From a virus (lineage: Duplodnaviria > Caudoviricetes), in the IMG/VR virus record IMGVR_UViG_3300027653_000051, positions 1 to 25,879 of that record: a stretch of DNA of 25,879 bases. One strand, 5' to 3'. Positions 1-6,325 of the stretch are shown piece by piece. The notes under the pieces were generated by a model, which was not told where the DNA came from, did not search any database, and saw only the letters and a program-made list of their open reading frames with translations. A program made the position numbers and the translations under genes. Position 1 is the first letter of the stretch. Every line of letters starts with the position of its first letter.

Positions 1-60
1 TATAATCCGAAAAACATTTTGTACAATAAAGTAAATCAAATTGTACATAAAAAACAAGCG
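1..60. repeat. Candidate prophage end region with repeated sub-terminal sites
   Basis: TTGTACA at 19-25 and 41-47 (22-bp spacing) in AT-rich DNA just past the methylase stop, where Mu has attR. No flanking host DNA is visible. Confidence 0.35.
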
Positions 61-66
61 GCTACA

Positions 67-891
67 TTAATTAGTAGCTCGCTTGTGGATCATTATATCG
101 GTATAGGACGAATTGTAATTGATAGAATTTGAAGTAGTTGTCATCACTGCACCACTGAACGGATTTCCTGCATAAGTTCGCGTTTCTATCCACTCACACA
201 ACTCAACGATTTGAGACTTATTGGAAGTGAAGTAGAAGTAATTCGAACCGTTCAATACGTCTAAAACGTCCAAATAATCACGAAGCTTCCAATACGAATC
301 ACTATTGTACGTTTTAGTGTCGGTCGATAGATAGGGTGGATCAACTAAAAAAACTACACCCTCAAGCTCTTTAAAGTCGTTAAAAACACACCTATAATCG
401 CCCTGAATTCGCTCAACACCTGATAAGTATCCGTCAGCATTATAGTCTGCTTTTCTCATCACGTTGTAAAAGGTTTGACACTCCAGCTGCTCAAAATTCA
501 TCATGTACTTGCCAGAAAACAATATATTCGCTGAAAGCGTTACATAATCCACCCACGGTTCTGATGCAATTATATCTAACATCTGTTGCCTGATGGATTC
601 CTTGACCTTCTTATCCCTTGGCTCATTTTCAAGCAATGGACGCAATTTTGACAATAATGCATTCGTCTCCGGAATACGTTTTAAACGAGTTTTAAAATCA
701 TCAAAATCATTCCAAACAACCCGCGCGGACGGGTACAATTGCTTGACTGTATGGCTTAATAAGCCAGAGCCACCAAACAAATCCACGAAAACAGCATCTT
801 CCGGGTACCCTTTTAATGCTTCAATAAACTTCTTTAAAAATCGCCGTTTTTGACCCTGAAACGGCAAAGGTGATTGATTATACTTTTTCAT
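67..891 (-). CDS. DNA adenine methyltransferase (D12-class/Dam-like; resembles Hin1523/Nma1821 Mu-prophage methylases)
   Basis: N-terminal PLPFQGQKRRF, SAM-binding VDLFGGSG, WNDFD and catalytic VDPPY motifs; terminal position in the phage. Confidence 0.9.
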   Translation of the reverse strand: MKKYNQSPLPFQGQKRRFLKKFIEALKGYPEDAVFVDLFGGSGLLSHTVKQLYPSARVVWNDFDDFKTRLKRIPETNALLSKLRPLLENEPRDKKVKESIRQQMLDIIASEPWVDYVTLSANILFSGKYMMNFEQLECQTFYNVMRKADYNADGYLSGVERIQGDYRCVFNDFKELEGVVFLVDPPYLSTDTKTYNSDSYWKLRDYLDVLDVLNGSNYFYFTSNKSQIVELCEWIETRTYAGNPFSGAVMTTTSNSINYNSSYTDIMIHKRATN

Positions 892-903
892 TTTATATAT
901 TTG
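873..903 (+). promoter_or_regulatory. Bacteroidota sigma70-type promoter for the 72-aa ORF
   Basis: ATTG (873-876), 19-nt spacer, TATATTTG (896-903), close to the TTTG-N19-21-TAnnTTTG consensus; ATG at 920. Confidence 0.55.
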
Positions 904-919
904 TTAAAACTTATTTATT

Positions 920-1138
920 ATGAATACTTTTCTTAAAGTGTTTTCTGAAGATGGAAACACAATCTTACATTATTTAAATGCCGAACATTTTGTTAGCAAT
1001 TTGATGTCACCAGCTGTATTTACCACAGGAGAGTCTTTTCATATTTCAGAAATTACTTACATTGCGACTAATGTGGTTGTTCTTTACAAGAATGGTGAAG
1101 TACATATATGTGTTTATGCTAAAGCTTTAAAAGAGTAG
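920..1138 (+). CDS. Small hypothetical protein (moron-like, opposite to the late operon)
   Basis: 72-aa ORF that almost fills the gap between the methylase and the TS-like gene; own promoter motif; AT-rich codon usage. Confidence 0.6.
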   Translation: MNTFLKVFSEDGNTILHYLNAEHFVSNLMSPAVFTTGESFHISEITYIATNVVVLYKNGEVHICVYAKALKE

Positions 1139-1783
1139 CTAAACATTCAAATTAAACTTCGTTCTATTCCCATTGAGCAACTCTTTGGTCGCTTCTATAT
1201 TATTCTTGTAAATATGCACATTGCCCAAAAACAATGTGATTGAGCGCAATGGCACATCTATTTGTCTACTGATTAAATACAAATGGTAGATGTCCGCAGG
1301 AAGTCCTAAACTTGCATCTGAGCTACGCTGATAAGCAGAGATGACAAGCTTACCTCTATCTATCTGAAATTGAATGAGCGAAAGGCACGGCTGTTGATTG
1401 CTCTCGACATCTGTACGACCGAGAAATAATACATAATTCTTTGAATTGCGCTTCTCTTTGTTGATTTTCTTAATTAAGTCCGGGAGTTGCTCAAAATATG
1501 TCGGGTAGGAATTAACCAGAATAGAACCGCAGTAATCCCACCAATCAATTCCATTTTCTTTATAAGTCTCCACCAATCGTTCACCTTTCTGAAACAGCTC
1601 CAACTCGGTTTTTAGCTTATTCCGAGCCACACCATGCGTTTCAAAGATTTCTAACAAATCAGCTGGCTTCAGCCGCAACACTTCATCTGTCAAATAAACA
1701 ATACTTCCCTTCTTGTTTACCTGAGTTTTTCCTTTGTTTAGGATTTTACCTAAAATCTCGTGATACTTATTCTTCATTTTCAT
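1139..1783 (-). CDS. Divergent thymidylate-synthase-family protein (possible dCMP methyl/hydroxymethyltransferase)
   Basis: Catalytic PC motif (QPCLSLIQF), YQRSSD-LGLP and NVHIY motifs. Start moved from TTG 1846 to ATG 1783 (or 1777), which has an A-rich context. Confidence 0.85.
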   Translation of the reverse strand: MKMKNKYHEILGKILNKGKTQVNKKGSIVYLTDEVLRLKPADLLEIFETHGVARNKLKTELELFQKGERLVETYKENGIDWWDYCGSILVNSYPTYFEQLPDLIKKINKEKRNSKNYVLFLGRTDVESNQQPCLSLIQFQIDRGKLVISAYQRSSDASLGLPADIYHLYLISRQIDVPLRSITLFLGNVHIYKNNIEATKELLNGNRTKFNLNV

Positions 1784-1793
1784 TATATTTGCA
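1784..1793 (+). promoter_or_regulatory. Candidate -7 promoter element for an antisense RNA
   Basis: TATATTTGCA pointing into the structured leader; no clear -33 TTTG found. Confidence 0.45.
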
Positions 1794-1930
1794 CCTCTCA
1801 CGGTATTAAATACAAAACCCACAATCAGAAGACTTATGTCCTCCAACTGTGGGCTTTGTGCTTAATTAAAAATACCGTGAGAAGTTTTTTAATTTGTTGG
1901 AGGACTTTTTAACCGCTCCAACTCGGTTTT
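1794..1930. ncRNA. Structured leader of the TS-like gene and/or antisense small RNA
   Basis: Inverted repeats 1796-1807/1871-1882 (12 bp), 1812-1823/1848-1859, 1838-1847/1896-1905 (10 bp) and 1911-1915/1924-1928; stem mismatches read as G-U pairs on the minus strand. Confidence 0.65.
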
Positions 1931-1977
1931 AATTACTTTTTAAATCGATTTTAAACGCCTTTTAAATGTCTTTTAAA
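1927..1977. repeat. Phased TTTTAA(A) array with 11-bp period
   Basis: Copies start at 1927, 1938, 1949, 1960 and 1971. Confidence 0.8.
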
Positions 1978-2518
1978 GTTTTACCCGTCGGCGGAACATA
2001 CCGAACCGCCAAGCGAGCAAAACAAACAAAATGACAAACAAAATGACAAATGCTATTGTTATATATCCACCAACTTGTAAACCGGTAGATTCTTTCTCAA
2101 CATCTTTCGATTTCTCAAAAGATTTTAATCGTTTTTCTAAATTGGAATAAGCCGTCCAAAGCGAATCAAACTTCGATTGATATTCAAACTCAAACTGCTC
2201 GTGTTCCTGGACTACCTCCTCCGATGCCTTGACTTTTCCTTTGCCTTCTGCTCCAGCTTCCCATCCATGCTCGGTTTTGTTCATATAGAATCGAAAACCG
2301 TCTGAAACATCACCGTCATAATCGATTGACCAGTTTGACAAGAATCTACTGAAGTCAAATGAAGTGATCCCAGAAGCTTCTGTTTCGCTCGATACCTGCG
2401 AACTATCGAACGTAGTCGACACATCCTCGACCTCGCTCTTTCTGCTCTCAACCGATTTCTTCTTTGTCGCACAGCCGACCAATAACATGGCCGTTAATAT
2501 GATTACTTTCCAATCCAT
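1973..2518 (-). CDS. Lipoprotein, probable unimolecular spanin
   Basis: Lipobox LLVG-C at the N-terminus, C-terminal transmembrane helix followed by RRR, directly downstream of the endolysin. Confidence 0.75.
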   Translation of the reverse strand: MDWKVIILTAMLLVGCATKKKSVESRKSEVEDVSTTFDSSQVSSETEASGITSFDFSRFLSNWSIDYDGDVSDGFRFYMNKTEHGWEAGAEGKGKVKASEEVVQEHEQFEFEYQSKFDSLWTAYSNLEKRLKSFEKSKDVEKESTGLQVGGYITIAFVILFVILFVLLAWRFGMFRRRVKL

Positions 2519-3072
2519 TTCTTCGCTTCTTTTTCTAAACTAATGTTATAAGGCTCGCGCTTCAATCGTCGCGCCAACGCCTGATAGCCTGACCCATTAT
2601 ACTTCACGGCGATCATGTGCCAATTACGAGTTCTAACGGCGCTTAAAAGCGTGGAATCGGTAAGGATGAAACGAACCAATGCACACAACTGCTGGTATTC
2701 GCCACGCTTGAAATCATCCCACATAGCGCCAACATTGGCGTAACCAAGGCGCTTCCAGTGAAAACCCATAATTTGTGGCAAACCGATGCTTGTTGCCTGC
2801 ATTGCTGCATCTGGATTGATTGCAAAAGCATCATTGAATGCCAGCCATTCCCGGGATTGCACATCTACTTTGTTTTGTGACCACACACCAGGGCGTGCAC
2901 CAGGAGCTAATTTTCTAAACCAACTCGGCTCAAATTGGATTAAAAGCTTCCCTGTTTTCTTGTCAAATCCATAGCCTGGAGTTTCCACTTTCACGATGGC
3001 CATAAGGACGTCAAAGGGCAAGTTATTGACCTTTGCTAATTCGCGGATTGTATTGATGTTTTCTGTTTTCAT
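2503..3072 (-). CDS. Endolysin, N-acetylmuramidase (DUF3380-like)
   Basis: AIVKVET, IQFEPSWF, ATSIGLPQIMGFHW and YNGSGY motifs; ATG 3072 overlaps the upstream stop as TGATG. Confidence 0.88.
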   Translation of the reverse strand: MKTENINTIRELAKVNNLPFDVLMAIVKVETPGYGFDKKTGKLLIQFEPSWFRKLAPGARPGVWSQNKVDVQSREWLAFNDAFAINPDAAMQATSIGLPQIMGFHWKRLGYANVGAMWDDFKRGEYQQLCALVRFILTDSTLLSAVRTRNWHMIAVKYNGSGYQALARRLKREPYNISLEKEAKKWIGK

Positions 3073-3878
3073 CACCAAATAACAAGTTTTGCACCCTCAG
3101 GTATTGTTAAGTTAATATCAACAGCAAGTCTCAATTGCCATTGAGCACCACCAATTGGTGGTCTTCTTAATTCTGTTGTGCTTAACACGTGTCTGCCGTA
3201 TGTATCTTTTAGACTAAATTTTCTATATGCCTGTCCAGGTCCTATTTCCTCCCATACTATATCCCAATGTGTACCTTGCATGAATGCTTGGCCGTTATCC
3301 CATGCTAATACTGGCAGAGCACCTGGTGTGAGTTCTATTGTTCTAATTACATTAGGTGTAAGGTCTATTTGATACGCTGTGATATCAAAGACCTTCTTCC
3401 ATCCCAAATAATTAACAGCTTCACCTTCTAAGTCTCTAACACCAACAACTTTTGTGGATTTTTCTAAATGCACAACCTCTAAACTTGTAGGAGGAGTCTT
3501 TAAATTTTTAAAGTCTAACTCAAACACTCGGAAAATCCCCCCAGAATCGCCAACGTCATACAGAGAGAACATTGTTCCTTTATTATGCTTTTGTATAAAT
3601 ATTTTATTAGGAACATTAGGGTAACCTCCAGTTTGTCCGTCATTATACCCATCTACTCCAATAGCTACATCGAATATCTTCCTGCCCGCTATATTTTGTG
3701 TAGATGTTAGATCTACATATCCTTCAACTTTTAAAGGAACCGCGTCACGTGTTGGGGTATTAGCAATCGCATACACTTCCATTCCAGTGGCTGTGCGAAT
3801 GAAATAGATTCCATTAACATCCCTATCCTGCGCTGCAGGTAATGCCGTCAATGCGTATGGTGTGAATTTATCTGCCAT
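3072..3878 (-). CDS. Tail-fibre-associated/receptor-binding protein (putative)
   Basis: VDLTSTQNIAGRKIF fibre repeat; N-terminus paralogous to the upstream gene; position in the fibre cluster. Confidence 0.6.
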   Translation of the reverse strand: MADKFTPYALTALPAAQDRDVNGIYFIRTATGMEVYAIANTPTRDAVPLKVEGYVDLTSTQNIAGRKIFDVAIGVDGYNDGQTGGYPNVPNKIFIQKHNKGTMFSLYDVGDSGGIFRVFELDFKNLKTPPTSLEVVHLEKSTKVVGVRDLEGEAVNYLGWKKVFDITAYQIDLTPNVIRTIELTPGALPVLAWDNGQAFMQGTHWDIVWEEIGPGQAYRKFSLKDTYGRHVLSTTELRRPPIGGAQWQLRLAVDINLTIPEGAKLVIW

Positions 3879-3881
3879 AGT

Positions 3882-5051
3882 TTACCATTCTTTTCCGTTA
3901 ACACCTCCCCATTCAACAGCTTCTGCAATCTTATCATCTACATATTTCTTTGAAGTGGCTTGCCTATCAGCAGTAGGCATTGCGGTAGGCAATTGTGGGT
4001 AAGTTGAAAATGTTTTTGTTCCACCTACTGTTTGATTCCCTGATGTTTTTACTACCGTAGAATCATCTGCTGCACCAATGTTTGTTCTTGCATTTGACTT
4101 TTGAGCATTCGTTAATCCTTGAGTGTTGTTGTCATATCTAACATACTTACCATCTGAAGCTTGCTCTTGTTCACTTTCAAAGTCATCTAACTTCTTTTGT
4201 AGTTTTTTAGGAGTTACAAAGTCTAAGTCATCAGTTCCTGCATCCACTTTGGCTTGTGTTGCTATTTTTGCAAAACCAGGTACAGTTTCAGTTGCTTGGT
4301 CAAGGTCAGATTCTAAGATGTAGAACTTATCCCCAACAGCTGCGTGTGTACCTCCACTGTTTGTTTCCTTACAGCGTATTTCTGCACCCACCCGCACTTC
4401 AATTCCTGAAGCACCTCCAATTTTACCAGCTACGGTAACTACATAACCTTCTCCTTTCTCTGTCGGAGGGTAGTTTGGATTAGTTGAACAATCTATGTCG
4501 GTTGGTGTTTTCATGCCATCTGTAACAGCACTTGTAAGGTTGTTGATTTGTGTTTGCAAATTAGAGTCTGCATCATCAACATACTTCTTAGAAGTAGCGT
4601 GTGTGTTTGCTGTAGGTACTAAAGGAATTGGAACGTTAGAACTAAATGTCTTAGTTCCACCTACGGTTTGGTTACCTGTCAATTTAACTACTTCATCATC
4701 CAACGCAAAGTTTGGAATGCCTGTAATTTCAGACCAATCGATATCGACTCCTGTCCTCCTATATCTACTATCTAAATTAATCTCTGTAACTTGTGTTGCA
4801 GTACCTGACCCTGTTGCTAATATCTTTAATTTGCCATCTGTAAAGTCTAAATCGATTTTAACTTCTCCAATTAGATTATTTACAGAATCAACAGAATCTA
4901 CTGTTCCTAAGCTTACCCAGTCAGAGTTGTCTGCCTTTCTAATGTATATCTTAAACGAAGTATCTGCATCGCCCTTGATGAAGTAAAGACCATTAACGTC
5001 TATACCTGTCGTAGGTAATGCTTTCAATCCATAAGGTGTAAATTTTGCCAT
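3882..5051 (-). CDS. Tail fibre protein with internal repeats
   Basis: ATETVPGFAKIATQAKVDAGTDD..VTPKKL fibre repeat, two GNQTVGGTKTF...ATSKKYVDD repeats and LTNAQKSNARTNIGA. Confidence 0.75.
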   Translation of the reverse strand: MAKFTPYGLKALPTTGIDVNGLYFIKGDADTSFKIYIRKADNSDWVSLGTVDSVDSVNNLIGEVKIDLDFTDGKLKILATGSGTATQVTEINLDSRYRRTGVDIDWSEITGIPNFALDDEVVKLTGNQTVGGTKTFSSNVPIPLVPTANTHATSKKYVDDADSNLQTQINNLTSAVTDGMKTPTDIDCSTNPNYPPTEKGEGYVVTVAGKIGGASGIEVRVGAEIRCKETNSGGTHAAVGDKFYILESDLDQATETVPGFAKIATQAKVDAGTDDLDFVTPKKLQKKLDDFESEQEQASDGKYVRYDNNTQGLTNAQKSNARTNIGAADDSTVVKTSGNQTVGGTKTFSTYPQLPTAMPTADRQATSKKYVDDKIAEAVEWGGVNGKEW

Positions 5052-5070
5052 TTTTTATATATTTATTTTA

Positions 5071-5367
5071 TTACCATTCTTTTCCGTTTTCTCCGCCCCA
5101 AAAGGTTGAAGATGACTCTTCTTCAATTGGATAAATCAATCCAGGTTCTATCAACGTTCCTGAACTCGCTACAGATGTAAGTAGCTTTAAGTTATACACA
5201 AATGCTGTTTTATTAAGCACTTTATAAACACCAGCGTTTTCTATATATACTTTTGAATTCACTCGAACCCAATCTATCATTGGGTCCAACACAACATCCA
5301 CCACACCATTTAAGTCTGGCTGGATAAATGAAGAACCTGTATTCGACTGAATCCTTGTTAACCCCAT
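5071..5367 (-). CDS. Small hypothetical protein of the fibre cassette
   Basis: 98-aa ORF overlapping the upstream stop; ends WGGENGKEW like the next gene. Confidence 0.7.
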   Translation of the reverse strand: MGLTRIQSNTGSSFIQPDLNGVVDVVLDPMIDWVRVNSKVYIENAGVYKVLNKTAFVYNLKLLTSVASSGTLIEPGLIYPIEEESSSTFWGGENGKEW

Positions 5368-6323
5368 TTCTCAAATTCAAATATTAATTTGTCTTTTGAA
5401 CTAATTACACGATTAATCACAGCTCCATTTCCACTTTGACCAGCATCAACTTCAATGTAATCTGCATTATTTCCTTTCGATAAAAGGATTCCATTTAGGT
5501 ACACTTTAAGTGTTCCTGTGCGATATGAATCTTCAATAGTGAATGTTTTATTTATACCATCACGAAGCCCACTAATTTCAGAATCATATCTAATTTGTAA
5601 GGATGCAGGCATAGCTGAAACTCCTGTGTCTCGATCGCCTATAAACCAGTTTCCGTTTTCTCCGATTGTTGGGCTTAAACCATCCTTTCCGTCTTCCCCA
5701 TCTTTTCCATCCTCACCTGGTACGCCTACATTTCCTGCTGGATTAACCCAAGGCTCTTTGGTTGTTCCTGTGTAAATCCAAAAACTTATTATTTCTCCTT
5801 GCGGTGTTCCGTCTATAGTTTGCAAATAATAATCACCAATTTCAGCGTCTATAGTTGCTAAATTTGGATCATCAGAAGCGCCATAATGCAACTTAACAGC
5901 TGAATTATAGATTCCTAAATTAAGCCACCCGATAGCATCAACCCCTGTAAATATGTAAAGTGCTATATCTACAGTTTCAGTATCATCTTTTAAAACGTAA
6001 AATTGACCTATTTCTCCAGCGATTTCAGCTTGATTTGGATCTTCGATTCCAGTTAAAATTTCTTTCGAGCTATCTATATTACCTAATAAATCACGCCATT
6101 TTTGAGCGTCGTCTTCTGAAATATTCGACGCATCTCTCATCGCACGTGAATTCAAATCACTTGCAATATCATTGAAGTAATTTTCCAAACCGTCGATTGA
6201 AGAGCTTGGTATCTTTTCCTCTTTATGCCAAAATGAATCCATCCAGTTCCAGAATTGCTCTTGCACTGGCTTTAGTCCGTTTCTGAACCAATTTTTTAAC
6301 TGTGATTTACTTACTATTGCCAT
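5358..6323 (-). CDS. Tail fibre/adapter protein with short collagen-like segment
   Basis: N-terminal LKNWF..GLKP.QEQFW.WMDSFWHK module that I recognise from Bacteroidota phage fibre genes; GXY run followed by IGENGNWFIG..DTGV. Confidence 0.65.
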   Translation of the reverse strand: MAIVSKSQLKNWFRNGLKPVQEQFWNWMDSFWHKEEKIPSSSIDGLENYFNDIASDLNSRAMRDASNISEDDAQKWRDLLGNIDSSKEILTGIEDPNQAEIAGEIGQFYVLKDDTETVDIALYIFTGVDAIGWLNLGIYNSAVKLHYGASDDPNLATIDAEIGDYYLQTIDGTPQGEIISFWIYTGTTKEPWVNPAGNVGVPGEDGKDGEDGKDGLSPTIGENGNWFIGDRDTGVSAMPASLQIRYDSEISGLRDGINKTFTIEDSYRTGTLKVYLNGILLSKGNNADYIEVDAGQSGNGAVINRVISSKDKLIFEFEKWG

Positions 6324-6325
6324 TT

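Noticed and set aside
1784-1846. N-terminal extension of the TS-like ORF from TTG 1846
   Set aside because: It lies inside the RNA stems and is not TS-like; ATG 1783/1777 has the A-rich context and matches the usual TS start. A regulatory role for the open frame is not excluded.
2022-2050. 12-bp tandem repeat ACAAACAAAATG
   Set aside because: It encodes FVIL repeats in the spanin transmembrane helix, is in frame and has few copies, so it is not a phase-variation tract.
5680-5725. Short periodic repeats in the 321-aa gene
   Set aside because: Explained by collagen-like GEDGKD codons.
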